Source: Vulcanisaeta sp. AZ3
Lineage (GTDB): Archaea > Thermoproteota > Thermoprotei > Thermoproteales > Thermocladiaceae
Assembly (NCBI GenBank): GCA_000960865.2
Contig: JZWU02000011.1
Span: 1 to 45,771, forward strand
Length of the DNA: 45,771 nt
Reading direction: 5' to 3'
The notes under the pieces are model-generated. The model saw nothing but the letters and a program-made list of their open reading frames with translations. It did not search any database and was not told the origin of the DNA. The translations under genes were made by a program, and so were the position numbers. Within the stretch, counting starts at the first letter, position 1; the number at the start of each line of letters is the position of its first letter. Positions 1 to 10,068 of the stretch are shown here, in pieces.

Positions 1-201
1 GTCGTACCAAAACCAGGAAAAACACTAACAGAAGAAGAAATAAAAAACCACCTAACACAATACGTAGAAAAAGGAATAATACCAAAATGGTGGATACCAG
101 ACAAAATAATAATTATAGAATCTGAACTACCGAAGACGAGTACTGGCAAGGTAGATAAGAATGCTCTCAGGAATAGGTTGCAGTCATTACTAGGTGCTTA
201 G
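1..201 (+). CDS. AMP-forming acyl-CoA synthetase (long-chain fatty acid-CoA ligase), 3' end only
   Basis: Frame 1 reads VVPKPGKTLTEEEIKNHL...IPKWWIPDKIIIIESELPKTSTGKVDKNALR...LLGA* (TAG 199-201). LPKTSTGK is the A10 motif of adenylate-forming enzymes. Not in the ORF track because the start is outside the window. Confidence 0.85.
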   Translation, partial: VVPKPGKTLTEEEIKNHLTQYVEKGIIPKWWIPDKIIIIESELPKTSTGKVDKNALRNRLQSLLGA

Positions 202-1125
202 ATAGTCTATTATCCTAAACTCATGAATCTTTAAAAGATCAATGGCATTATAAAACATAATCTTCTCCTTATCAATACTATGGATTGCCTCACTACCCTC
301 GACACACTTAACATCACTTAGTAAATCCCTATACCTCCTGTACGGATAGCCACTACCAAACAATATCCTATCAGTACCTATGGAATTGATTATTGACCAA
401 CCTGATTCATTATTGAAGAGGTAGCAATTAATGTCTGGCGTTGTTAGGTATACGTTGTCGTATTTCTTCATAACCCTAACAACATTCCTAATCCATAAGC
501 CTAACCTACTCTGGGATGTACCGAGGCCGCTAATTACGATGTTAGGTCTAAACTCTGCAAGGATCTCTGCTAAGTTGTTCGGTATTATGTGGGTTATTAA
601 TATATCATCAAGGTCATCGGGCATCCCGAGGTGCATTATCATGAGTATATTATTCCTCTCAGAATACTCCATTAACTCTATAAATGCTTGGCTCCTGGCT
701 GGGTTGAAGAATTGAAGTATTGGGGAGACAAAGACTCCCCTGAGCCCTAAATGATTCAACTCCCAAATCTTTTGCTTAACATACTTAATACCAAAGCTCG
801 GGTTTATGCTTGAGAATGGTATGAAGAAGTCACCAGTACCTTCCTTAAATACTTCATACCAGAGCTTCATATTATCAATCATGTATTCAGGCCATTTACT
901 GATGAGGTTATTAATTTCCCTAATCGTGAGCCCAACATTAACAGACTTACCTAAGTCCTTGGCGATCTTAAAAAGGTTGTTGAGGGTTAAACTAAGCGTT
1001 GTATCGACGTCGATTGGGTAGAGCACGGATGCCACAGCACCCACACCCTCCAATTTACTCCTTAATTTATGGAGCTCTGCCCCTGGATGTACATGAAAGT
1101 CAATAAAATAATAAGTTTCTACCAT
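190..1125 (-). CDS. Amidohydrolase_2 family metal-dependent hydrolase
   Basis: N-terminal IDFHVH metal motif, central MHLG, C-terminal RILFGSGYP (variant of FGSDxP) and KIMFYNA. Confidence 0.8.
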   Translation of the reverse strand: MVETYYFIDFHVHPGAELHKLRSKLEGVGAVASVLYPIDVDTTLSLTLNNLFKIAKDLGKSVNVGLTIREINNLISKWPEYMIDNMKLWYEVFKEGTGDFFIPFSSINPSFGIKYVKQKIWELNHLGLRGVFVSPILQFFNPARSQAFIELMEYSERNNILMIMHLGMPDDLDDILITHIIPNNLAEILAEFRPNIVISGLGTSQSRLGLWIRNVVRVMKKYDNVYLTTPDINCYLFNNESGWSIINSIGTDRILFGSGYPYRRYRDLLSDVKCVEGSEAIHSIDKEKIMFYNAIDLLKIHEFRIIDYLST

Positions 1126-1181
1126 ATGACATAATTATTAAGACTTCTTTTTAAGCATTTCAATATAATTATTTAGAATTC

Positions 1182-1955
1182 CTACGAGCCAGTAAACCTG
1201 GGCTTCCTTCTTTCGAGGAATGCAGTAACGCCTTCGAGAAAATCATGAGTATTACTTAATTCACCCTGTAGTTTAGCCTCTGTATTGAGGAATTGATCGA
1301 GATCCTTAAATAAGGCCTCATTAATAAGCCTCTTTGCATAGGAGAACGCCCTAAAGGGCCCTTCAATCAACTCATTAGCCAACCTTAGGGCCTCATTAAG
1401 CGGTTCATCAACAACCTTAACAAGTCCCATTTCCTCGGCTTCCTCAGCAGAGAATTCGCCGCCAATAATTAAGTACCTAAGGGCTCTGGCACCTACTAAC
1501 CTACCCATCATTAGTGTTAATCCCGTATCTGGCACCAGTCCGATGTTTTGAAATGCCATGACGAACTTAGATGCCTTGGATGCGAAGGCAAAGTCACATG
1601 CTATGGCTAGGCTTATTCCAGCACCGGCTGTGACACCATTTATAGCCGCTATGAATAGCTTATCAGTAAATCTTATCTCCCTCAGTATTAAGTGGAATGA
1701 GTTCTTAAGTTCATCCTCAAGGTTTAACTCCCCAGGTTTACTTGGCTTAACTGAGATATCGGCGCCTGCTGAAAATGCTCTACCAGCTCCTGTTATTACC
1801 CCAACCTTCTTATTAGGATCTGCATTGAATTTACGAAGGGCATCTAACAATTCAGCCCTAAGCTCTGGTCCCAATGCATTTAACTTCTCAGGTCTATTAA
1901 GTATGAATATTGTTATAGGTCCCCTATCGTCAATCAATACGTACTTATACATCAT
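1182..1955 (-). CDS. Enoyl-CoA hydratase/isomerase family protein (PaaG-like)
   Basis: LNRPEKLNAL, AFSAGAD, AAINGVTAGAG, GLVPDTG, EGVTAFLERRKPRF crotonase motifs. Confidence 0.92.
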   Translation of the reverse strand: MMYKYVLIDDRGPITIFILNRPEKLNALGPELRAELLDALRKFNADPNKKVGVITGAGRAFSAGADISVKPSKPGELNLEDELKNSFHLILREIRFTDKLFIAAINGVTAGAGISLAIACDFAFASKASKFVMAFQNIGLVPDTGLTLMMGRLVGARALRYLIIGGEFSAEEAEEMGLVKVVDEPLNEALRLANELIEGPFRAFSYAKRLINEALFKDLDQFLNTEAKLQGELSNTHDFLEGVTAFLERRKPRFTGS

Positions 1956-1961
1956 AATTCA

Positions 1962-2501
1962 CTACTCACCTAGCGGAACGAATTCATAAGTTAAGTAGCC
2001 CTCAGGTTCTCTCCTAACGACTTGTAACTTAACTTTCATGCCAACCCTAACTTTCTTCGGGTCATCAATCCTTAACCAAGCCAATACATTGAATCCTTCT
2101 CTCATCCTGGCGATGGCTACCACATAGTCTGCATAATGGGAGTAGGTTAGTGGTTTTGTGTTTATTACGGTGTACGTTAATAACTCCCCTTCTCCATTAA
2201 TCTCAACCCAATCCATATCGCTTGTCTTACAATATGGGCAATCGGCTTGCGGTGGGAAGTAATATCTGCCGCACTTTTTGCACTTAGTTGCGTAAACCTT
2301 ACCCTCCCTTAATCCCTCGAAGAACTTCTTAATTCTCTCAACGCTTATTGAGAACCTAAGCCTCATCTCTCTAACGTCATACCAAAGGCTGTATTGACCC
2401 TTCTCATCAGGGGCTATTGGCAGGCCTGTCGCCTTAACAATATCATTTAACTGCTTTATTGACTGCTTCCAGAACTCCTCGTACTTAGCATCGAGGGACA
2501 T
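1962..2501 (-). CDS. DUF35 Zn-ribbon/OB-fold protein (thiolase partner)
   Basis: CKKCG..FPPQADCPYC Zn ribbon followed by an OB fold; directly downstream of the thiolase. Confidence 0.9.
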   Translation of the reverse strand: MSLDAKYEEFWKQSIKQLNDIVKATGLPIAPDEKGQYSLWYDVREMRLRFSISVERIKKFFEGLREGKVYATKCKKCGRYYFPPQADCPYCKTSDMDWVEINGEGELLTYTVINTKPLTYSHYADYVVAIARMREGFNVLAWLRIDDPKKVRVGMKVKLQVVRREPEGYLTYEFVPLGE

Positions 2502-2507
2502 GCACCA

Positions 2508-3731
2508 TCACCTCTTGGGTTTCACCTTTGGTGAACCATCCTTATCCAGGGAGTAGAGTGTTACGTAGGCATAATGACCAGTACCACCAACATTGTGCGC
2601 CAAGGCCCAACCTGTGTATATATCTGCCTGCCTATCCCTAGGTTCGACTGCTTGCCTTAACTGCTTCGTCATCTCAACAGCCATACTAACGCCAGTGGCC
2701 CCAATAGGGTGTCCCTTGGCCTTTAAACCACCATCGAGGTTCACGGGTATTAGGCCACCCTTGTACGTGAGTTCATTCTTAACAAGTTCAATGCCCATTC
2801 CTCTCTCAACGAAACCCAAGTCCTCATAGGCCATGACCTCCGCTATTGTGAAACAATCATGAACATCAGCAACATCGAAATATCTCCAAGTATCCCTATG
2901 CTCAATACCAACCCTCCTGAAGGCTTGCTCCGCCGCTTGATAGGCCGCATCTAGGCCTACGAAGTCAGACCTCTTACTTAGGTTTGCTGTGCCGGTAGCC
3001 ACACCGACTGACCTAATCCAGATTGGTGTGTCCGTTATCTTCCTAGCCAAGTCCTCATTAGCAATTATAACGGCTGCAGCGCCATCGGTTATTGGGCTTG
3101 AATCATACAACTTTATTGGCCATGCAACATACCTACTCTTCAGACATTGGTCTGCGGTTATTCTCAAACCATAAAACTGAGCCTTCGGATTCATGGAACC
3201 ATAGTAATGATTCTTAACAGCAACCCTGCAGAAGTCCTCCTCAGTTGCATTAAACCTATTCATATACGCCGTCATATGAAGCGCATAATAGCCTGGAAAC
3301 GTTAACCCAAAGTTCTCAAACTCCCAGAAGTAATTACCCGCCCTACCAATGAACTCCACAACCGTTGGCGTTGGTGACTCATACATCTTCTCCACACCAA
3401 TAGCCATGGCTATGTCAGCTAATCCCGAGGCTACGGCTAGGTATGCATTGTAAACCGCAGCACTACCACTGGCACATGCAGCCTCAACTCTCATGGAACC
3501 CCTCGGATTAAGGCCGCAGTATTCACCAACCACCACGGCAGGTAATGACTCAGCACTCCAACCACCAGCATTACCAACCACGAAGTATTGAATATCTTTC
3601 TGATCAAGTTTCGCGTCCTCCAGAGCTTCTTTAACGGCTTCCCAGGCTAGCTCACCTATTGTTGTATCAGTTCTACGTCCAAATTTCGCATGACCAACAC
3701 CAACTATGGCGGCACCCCTCACGACAACCAC
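2508..3731 (-). CDS. Acetyl-CoA acetyltransferase / 3-ketoacyl-CoA thiolase (archaeal SCP-x-like type); real start may be GTG at 3722
   Basis: EAACASG catalytic Cys, HDCF, GHPIGATG and HNVGG motifs; SD-like AGGTGG just upstream of GTG 3722. Confidence 0.93.
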   Translation of the reverse strand: MVVVRGAAIVGVGHAKFGRRTDTTIGELAWEAVKEALEDAKLDQKDIQYFVVGNAGGWSAESLPAVVVGEYCGLNPRGSMRVEAACASGSAAVYNAYLAVASGLADIAMAIGVEKMYESPTPTVVEFIGRAGNYFWEFENFGLTFPGYYALHMTAYMNRFNATEEDFCRVAVKNHYYGSMNPKAQFYGLRITADQCLKSRYVAWPIKLYDSSPITDGAAAVIIANEDLARKITDTPIWIRSVGVATGTANLSKRSDFVGLDAAYQAAEQAFRRVGIEHRDTWRYFDVADVHDCFTIAEVMAYEDLGFVERGMGIELVKNELTYKGGLIPVNLDGGLKAKGHPIGATGVSMAVEMTKQLRQAVEPRDRQADIYTGWALAHNVGGTGHYAYVTLYSLDKDGSPKVKPKR

Positions 3732-3854
3732 CTAGATTTTAACCATAATACCACCTAATAACAGTCTCCACTCCACACACTACTGATTACTCCCTATCAC
3801 TAAATTCACTATATAGACAACATACTTAATAATGCACGTAGTGTTTATTGCCTG

Positions 3855-5849
3855 ATGTCTCAACAAATAAGGAAGGTGGCGGTGATTGGTAGTGGTACGA
3901 TGGGTCACGGAATAGCAGAGGTAAGCGCACTGGCTGGTTATGAGGTAATAATGGTTGACGTATCCCAAGATCTCCTTAACAAGGCCCTGGAGAGGATTAA
4001 GTGGAGCCTTGACAAACTTGCAGAGAGAGGAACACTGACTAAGGAGAAGGTTGAGGAGGTGATGAAACGAATAAGGACCTCACTGTCTATAGCGGAGGCT
4101 GTTAAGGACGTTGATCTAATGATCGAGGCTGTACCAGAGAAACTTGATTTGAAGAAACAGGTATTCGCCGAGGCAGATGCAAACGCTCCACCGCATGCCA
4201 TACTCGCCACAAATACAAGTAGTCTACCAATCACAGAGACCGCTAGTGCCACCAAGAGACCAGATAAGGTTGTTGGTATTCACTTCTTTAACCCACCTGT
4301 CCTCATGCCTCTTGTTGAGGTTATTAAGGGTGCTAGGACGAGCGATGATACTGCGAGGAAAGCCTTCGATTTCGTTAAGAGCCTCGGTAAGGAGCCGATA
4401 ATGGTTAATAAGGATGTGCCTGGCTTCGTGGTTAATAGAATATTGATAGCCCTAAACTCAGCTGCTTGTCAATTAGTGGCTAGTAATCAGTACACAGTTG
4501 TTGAGATTGATTCGGCAGTTAAGTACAAGGCTGGTTTGCCAATGGGTATATTTGAGCTTCAGGACTTCACGGGAATAGATGTTGGTTACCTAGTGGGTCT
4601 TGCTGTGGCAGAGAGAGATCCTATGTTAAGGGTTCCATGCTCATTAATTGAGGATTTATACAAGAAGAGATGGCTGGGGCAGAAGAGCGGCAAGGGGTTC
4701 TATGAGTATAAGGGTGGAACTTACGAGAGGGCTAACATACCAAGAGAAGCTGGTGAGAAGGTAGACCTAACCTTAGTCTTCGCCCCGGCAATTAATATGG
4801 CAGCTTGGTTACTCAGGGAGGGTATAGCCTCAAGGGATGATATTGATAAGGGTGTTAAACTCGGCCTTGGTTGGCCTAAGGGTGTCTTTGAGTATGCAGA
4901 CGAGTTTGGTATTGATCAAGTAATTAATGCACTCAATCAATTACACTCAAGGTTCAATTACGATCTATTCAAGCCAGACCCACTATTAACACAGATGGTT
5001 CAGGAGGGTAAACTAGGGCAAAAGAGTGGCAAGGGGTTCTATGAGTATGGTGCTGCAGGTGCCGTGGAGTTTAAGGAGATAATATTAAGGAAAGAGCCGC
5101 CATTGGCATGGATAATACTGAATAGGCCTCAAAGGCTTAATTCATTAACGGCTACGATGATGGAGGAATTAAGTAGGGCTCTCGATATGCTTTGGGATGA
5201 TAGGGATGTTAGGGTGGTCATAATAAGAGGTGCAGGGGATAGGGCGTTCTCGGCGGGTGCTGATGTTACCTCCTTCTCAGGTCCATTACATACGTATTAT
5301 TTCTTCATTAATAATAGGAAGTTCCAAGAGGCTGTAAGTAAGATTGAGAGGTTTCCGAAGCCCGTGATAGCAGCCATTGATGGTTATGCCTTAGGTGGTG
5401 GCCTTGAGATGGCCTTGGCTTGCGACTTTAGAATAGCCACTGATAAGTCTGAGCTTGGTCAGCCTGAGATAGGCCTCGGTATATTACCTGGTGCTGGTGG
5501 TACGCAGAGATTGATTAAGCTTGTTGGTATGGCTAAGGCTAAGGAGTTGATTATGCTTGGTGATAGGATTAAGGCTGAGGAGGCATATAGAATTGGTCTT
5601 GTGAATAAGGTTGTGCCTAAGGAGAAGTTTGAGGATGAGGTTAGGTCGTTTGCTCTAAGGCTTGCTCAGGGACCACCAATAGCCTTAACCTATGCGAAGT
5701 ACGCTATAAACTTCGGTACACAAATGCCAGTAGACCTTGGTCTAATGCTTGAGGCTGCATTCTTCAGTATGGCTGTCAATACTAAGGATGCCCAGGAGGG
5801 AGTGATGGCATTTCTAACAAGGAGGAGGGCTGAGTTTAAAGGTGAGTAG
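3855..5849 (+). CDS. Bifunctional 3-hydroxyacyl-CoA dehydrogenase / enoyl-CoA hydratase
   Basis: GSGTMGHG Rossmann motif, EAVPE, NTSS, HFFNP, GQKSGKGFY twice, C-terminal crotonase domain (GGGLE, PEIGLG). Confidence 0.95.
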   Translation: MSQQIRKVAVIGSGTMGHGIAEVSALAGYEVIMVDVSQDLLNKALERIKWSLDKLAERGTLTKEKVEEVMKRIRTSLSIAEAVKDVDLMIEAVPEKLDLKKQVFAEADANAPPHAILATNTSSLPITETASATKRPDKVVGIHFFNPPVLMPLVEVIKGARTSDDTARKAFDFVKSLGKEPIMVNKDVPGFVVNRILIALNSAACQLVASNQYTVVEIDSAVKYKAGLPMGIFELQDFTGIDVGYLVGLAVAERDPMLRVPCSLIEDLYKKRWLGQKSGKGFYEYKGGTYERANIPREAGEKVDLTLVFAPAINMAAWLLREGIASRDDIDKGVKLGLGWPKGVFEYADEFGIDQVINALNQLHSRFNYDLFKPDPLLTQMVQEGKLGQKSGKGFYEYGAAGAVEFKEIILRKEPPLAWIILNRPQRLNSLTATMMEELSRALDMLWDDRDVRVVIIRGAGDRAFSAGADVTSFSGPLHTYYFFINNRKFQEAVSKIERFPKPVIAAIDGYALGGGLEMALACDFRIATDKSELGQPEIGLGILPGAGGTQRLIKLVGMAKAKELIMLGDRIKAEEAYRIGLVNKVVPKEKFEDEVRSFALRLAQGPPIALTYAKYAINFGTQMPVDLGLMLEAAFFSMAVNTKDAQEGVMAFLTRRRAEFKGE

Positions 5850-5878
5850 TGAGGTATATAATGTATATAGTAGCATTA

Positions 5879-5886
5879 TTTATAAA
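5879..5886 (+). promoter_or_regulatory. Archaeal TATA box of a leaderless SCP2 gene
   Basis: TTTATAAA 23 nt upstream of ATG 5910. Confidence 0.6.
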
Positions 5887-5909
5887 AATCACATATTTCA
5901 TTATTTTGT

Positions 5910-6248
5910 ATGTCTGAGGACCCCTCTGAACTACTTAAGTCGATGATAGATAGTGCATTACCAAAGATAACAGGCAAACTAGGAGGACCTGTTAAAGCGT
6001 TTCAATTTACTGGTGAAGGTTACGAACCATTCTATGTTGAGATTGGTGGCGGTTCAATAAAGATCAATAAGGGCTCTCATGCATCACCAACAGCTACAAT
6101 ACAGGTCAATAAGGATAATTTGCTAAAACTCATTAAGGGTCAATTGGATGCAATGCAGGCCTACTTCTCGGGTATAATTAAGGTCGCTGGTAACGTAATG
6201 GATACAGTAACCCTTATTGACATCATGAATACAGCACGTAGAGCATAA
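5910..6248 (+). CDS. SCP2 sterol/lipid-binding domain protein
   Basis: C-terminal pattern ATIQV...LLKLIKGQLDAMQAYFSGIIKVAGN typical of SCP2. Confidence 0.85.
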   Translation: MSEDPSELLKSMIDSALPKITGKLGGPVKAFQFTGEGYEPFYVEIGGGSIKINKGSHASPTATIQVNKDNLLKLIKGQLDAMQAYFSGIIKVAGNVMDTVTLIDIMNTARRA

Positions 6249-6338
6249 CAACTCTATAGATCTATTTAGCATAAAATTTCTTAAAATAGTTTAAGTAATA
6301 ACTATGCTTATTAGAGGCTTGCATTTAATAATTTACTT

Positions 6339-7295
6339 ATGAAGATCTTAGTAACTGTACCTCTTGTGGACCCAGATGTTGGTCCAATAGCCATGAAAAT
6401 ACTTAGTGAGGCTGGAGAGGTAGATGTTAGGCCGCTCACCACTGAGCAGTTGAGAGAGACTATACATGATTATGATGCCGTAATAGTCAGTGTTTGGCAT
6501 AGGGTTACTAAGGATGTAATCGATGCTGGTAGGAATCTTAAGGTTATTGGTACTGCATCCGTGGGTACTGACCATATAGATGTTGAGTATGCTGAGAGTA
6601 AGGGAATAAAGGTAGTCAGTGCCGCTGGAGCTTCCACGTATAGTGTCGCTGAGTTTACCTTCGGTCTATTACTAATGATGGTTAAGAGAATAACTGAGAA
6701 TATGAGTAGAGTTAAGGGTGGCGAGTGGGGATCCTTATTAACACCTGGTGTTGAATTGTTTGGTAAGACTCTTGGTATAATTGGGCTTGGTAGAATTGGT
6801 TCTTACGTTGCCTCAATTGCTAATTCCTTCAGAATGAGAGTTTTAGCTTATGACCCATTTGTTGATAAAGATCGATTTATTGAGGTTAATGCGATTAGGG
6901 TTGAAAACATTGATGATTTACTTAGGCAGTCTGACTTCATAACGATACATACATCATTAACCAGAGAGAGTAGGGGGTTGATTGGGTCTAGGGAGGTTGG
7001 TCTGATGAAGGATGGCGTTTATATCATTAATACAGCAAGGGGCGAAATAGTTGATGAGAATGCAATACTTAGTGGTTTGAGGACAGGTAAGATAAGTGGT
7101 TATGCAACGGATGTCTTAACCGGCGAACCACCTACTGAGGAAACATCACCATTACTCAGGGCATTTAAGAGGGGTGAGGTTCCGAATCTCTTCATAACAA
7201 GTCACATTGCCGGTGTCACTAGGGAGTCTGTCAAGAGGTACACATTATATGTTGCCCGTGGTGTTAGAGATGCATTAAGGGCTTATGGAAGGTGA
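6339..7295 (+). CDS. D-isomer-specific 2-hydroxyacid dehydrogenase (SerA/glyoxylate reductase-like)
   Basis: VGTDHID, GLGRIG, INTARG, DVLTGEP and SHIAG motifs. Confidence 0.92.
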   Translation: MKILVTVPLVDPDVGPIAMKILSEAGEVDVRPLTTEQLRETIHDYDAVIVSVWHRVTKDVIDAGRNLKVIGTASVGTDHIDVEYAESKGIKVVSAAGASTYSVAEFTFGLLLMMVKRITENMSRVKGGEWGSLLTPGVELFGKTLGIIGLGRIGSYVASIANSFRMRVLAYDPFVDKDRFIEVNAIRVENIDDLLRQSDFITIHTSLTRESRGLIGSREVGLMKDGVYIINTARGEIVDENAILSGLRTGKISGYATDVLTGEPPTEETSPLLRAFKRGEVPNLFITSHIAGVTRESVKRYTLYVARGVRDALRAYGR

Positions 7296-7301
7296 GGAGT
7301 T

Positions 7302-8999
7302 ATGGTTAGTGGTGGTGAAGCTTTAGTTAGATCCTTAGTTGAAGAAGGTATTGATACCGTATTTGGTATACCTGGCACTCACGTACTTGGCATATACGCA
7401 GCATTGCATGACTACAGCGATAAGATTAAGCATGTACTTGGTCGTTTTGAGCCAAGCATGGGTTTCATGGCTGATGGTTATGCGAGAGCCAGTGGTAAGG
7501 TTGGTGTTGTTATTGCCACAGCAGGACCAGGCGCCACTGGCTTAGTAACACCATTGGCTCAGGCGTCAGTTGAGGGCGTTCCTATCATTGCTATTGCGGG
7601 TTTAACACCTATTAAAACCGCGGGTAAAGGTTATTATCATGAGTTTAGGGATGCGAATTCTCAATTGAATATCTTCAGGGCATTCACTAAGTGGGCTGTT
7701 AGAGTCGAGAGTGGTGCTGAGATACCTAGGGTCATGGCTAAGGCATTCAAAATTGCGATGGATGGTAGGCCTGGTCCTGTCTATGTGGAGTTACCTAGGG
7801 ATATTGTAGATAGTGAAACTGAGTGGATTGGGTATTTTAAGGAGGAACCAATGAGGGTTAAGCCTGACCCTGCATTAGTTGATGGGGTAGCTAGGGATTT
7901 ACTCAATGCTGAGAGGCCCGTGATTTATGTTGGTGGTGGTGTAATAACTGCTAATGCAAGTGATGCTCTTATTAAGGTCGCTGAAGAACTTGGGGCTCCT
8001 GTCGTTACTTCTGTCATGGGCAAGGGTGCCATACCATTTAACCACCCATTACACGGAGGCCTAGCTGCTGGTTACTTTGGGGATGTGGTTGCCGTAAAGC
8101 TTGTTGAGAGTGCTGACGTTATTTTGGCTATTGGCACACGATTCAGTGAGCTGGGTACTGGTATGTGGTCATTACCAATACGTGGTAAGTTAATTCACGT
8201 AAACATAGATCCTAACGACATTGGTAAGAACTATAAAGCTGATATTGCTGTAGTCTCGGACGCTCTTGAATTCCTAAATGCATTGTATGATAGGATTAAA
8301 GGTAGAGGGCCTGGTAAGGATAGAGGTGTTAATCTGATTAATAGCATTAAGTCTGAGATTGATGGTCAGGAGCTTAAGGAACTGGGTTATGATGAATCTA
8401 AGATAAATCCGAGCGACCTCGTTAAGGCATTAAGTAAAGTTATTGATAATGATATGAGGGAAGGCAGGGCTGTGGTGACGTGTGACGCTGGTGGTAATCA
8501 AGTGGCAATGTTTGAATTCCCCGTCTACAGACCAAGGACTTACTTCAACCCAGCTGGCTTTACATCCCTTGGCTTTGCAATACCAGCGGCGATAGGGGCT
8601 AAGATTGCTAGACCTGAGGCCACAGTTGTGGCTACTACAGGTGATGCTGCATTCTTCATGACTGGTATGGAGATAGCTACTGCAGCGGAGTTGAAGTTGA
8701 GGATCGCCTTCGTGATATTTAATGACAAAGCCCAGGGAGTACTTAAGCTACAGCAGAAGTTTCTCTATGGAGGTAAGGTATATGCATCTCATACTTATCC
8801 AATGGACTTTTGTAAATTTGCGGAATCACTAGGTATTGATTGTGTTAGGATTAGTGATAAGGCTGAACTTGAGAACGGGCTCGAAAAGTGCATATATAGG
8901 GCTAATGGGCCATGCATTGCGAATGTAGCTGTGAACCCAGATGCAGTACCTAGGCCAATAACTAGGCAACTAATGTTAATTTTTAGGGGGCAACAATAG
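7302..8999 (+). CDS. Thiamine-diphosphate-dependent enzyme (acetolactate synthase-like fold; decarboxylase/lyase of unknown substrate)
   Basis: FGIPG, catalytic Glu in RFEPSMGFMADGYAR, GPG, ThDP motif GDAAF...FND. Confidence 0.88.
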   Translation: MVSGGEALVRSLVEEGIDTVFGIPGTHVLGIYAALHDYSDKIKHVLGRFEPSMGFMADGYARASGKVGVVIATAGPGATGLVTPLAQASVEGVPIIAIAGLTPIKTAGKGYYHEFRDANSQLNIFRAFTKWAVRVESGAEIPRVMAKAFKIAMDGRPGPVYVELPRDIVDSETEWIGYFKEEPMRVKPDPALVDGVARDLLNAERPVIYVGGGVITANASDALIKVAEELGAPVVTSVMGKGAIPFNHPLHGGLAAGYFGDVVAVKLVESADVILAIGTRFSELGTGMWSLPIRGKLIHVNIDPNDIGKNYKADIAVVSDALEFLNALYDRIKGRGPGKDRGVNLINSIKSEIDGQELKELGYDESKINPSDLVKALSKVIDNDMREGRAVVTCDAGGNQVAMFEFPVYRPRTYFNPAGFTSLGFAIPAAIGAKIARPEATVVATTGDAAFFMTGMEIATAAELKLRIAFVIFNDKAQGVLKLQQKFLYGGKVYASHTYPMDFCKFAESLGIDCVRISDKAELENGLEKCIYRANGPCIANVAVNPDAVPRPITRQLMLIFRGQQ

Positions 9000-9008
9000 C
9001 CAGGCAGC

Positions 9009-10055
9009 CTAACCCCACTTAACTATGGCCCTTGCATGTAGACCTCTCTCTAAGTTCTCATAGGCCTCATTTATCTGCTCTGGTGTGTATGTATGACTTA
9101 CAAGCTTCTTAACATCAACTCTACCCGAGGCCACTAACCTAATTATTTCTGGCAAGTCAAGCCTCGGTCTATAGCCTAAACTTCCAATAATCCTCACACC
9201 ATTTATTACGAAGGGCAATGTATACACTGTGAATGTAGATTTTGCTCCTCCAAGCCCCGTAACAACTATAGTCCCAGCCCTAGACACAATCTCCATGGAC
9301 AATCTCAAGTCAGGCTCTGGTCTAGCCTCGTGAATGACATCAGCACCGTCAGGTAATATATCCCTAACCTTACTTATTGGGTCCTCCCTCGTGGAATTTA
9401 TAACATGGGTTGCACCTAACTCCCTGGCCTTCTCAAGGGCGAAGTCCCTAATGTCTATGGCAATTATTGGATAAGCACCCATCGCACTCGCTAATTGTAC
9501 TGCAGAGAGACCAACACCGCCAACACCTATTACAACAAGGCTTGTTCCAGGTCCAACGCCGGCCTCTCTGAGTGCGTGGTATGCTGTGCCGTAGGCACAT
9601 GATATTGGCGCTGCGTAATAAATATCAACATTTTTCTCCAGTGGTATGACCGCTATCTCCGGTATTGTTATGTACTCGGCATGACCACCATTAATACCCA
9701 CAAGTCCAGGCATTCTACCTGCAGCAGCTGGACAATAATTCTCCTTACCACTTGCGCAGTACTTACATACGCCGTCAGGTACTATCCAAGAAACAATGAC
9801 CGGATCCCCCTTCCTCAATCCCCATGGATTTTTAACATCAGGCCCGAAATCTTCCACCCAACCAGAAATCTCATGACCAGGTATGAAACCCCGCATGACT
9901 GGACCAAAATCGCCCTTAAACAGATGTAAGTCACTATGACATATACCTGTGGCAGCTACCCTAACGAGGATCTCCCCAGGACCTGGCTTTGGTGTTGGCA
10001 CATCCTTAATTTCCAGGTATGGCTTATCTGACCCCCTATATGTTGCGGCTTTCAT
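9009..10055 (-). CDS. Zn-dependent medium-chain alcohol dehydrogenase (resembles crenarchaeal succinate-semialdehyde reductase family)
   Basis: CHSD, GHEISG, structural Zn site D-x2-C-x2-C-x7-C, GVGGVG, SLGYRPR. Confidence 0.9.
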   Translation of the reverse strand: MKAATYRGSDKPYLEIKDVPTPKPGPGEILVRVAATGICHSDLHLFKGDFGPVMRGFIPGHEISGWVEDFGPDVKNPWGLRKGDPVIVSWIVPDGVCKYCASGKENYCPAAAGRMPGLVGINGGHAEYITIPEIAVIPLEKNVDIYYAAPISCAYGTAYHALREAGVGPGTSLVVIGVGGVGLSAVQLASAMGAYPIIAIDIRDFALEKARELGATHVINSTREDPISKVRDILPDGADVIHEARPEPDLRLSMEIVSRAGTIVVTGLGGAKSTFTVYTLPFVINGVRIIGSLGYRPRLDLPEIIRLVASGRVDVKKLVSHTYTPEQINEAYENLERGLHARAIVKWG

Positions 10056-10068
10056 GAATAATCACCTT

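Noticed and set aside
3732-3734. In-frame TAG upstream of the thiolase as pyrrolysine or readthrough
   Set aside because: No pyl genes are present in the window or expected in Thermoproteales, and the thiolase is complete without the extra residues.
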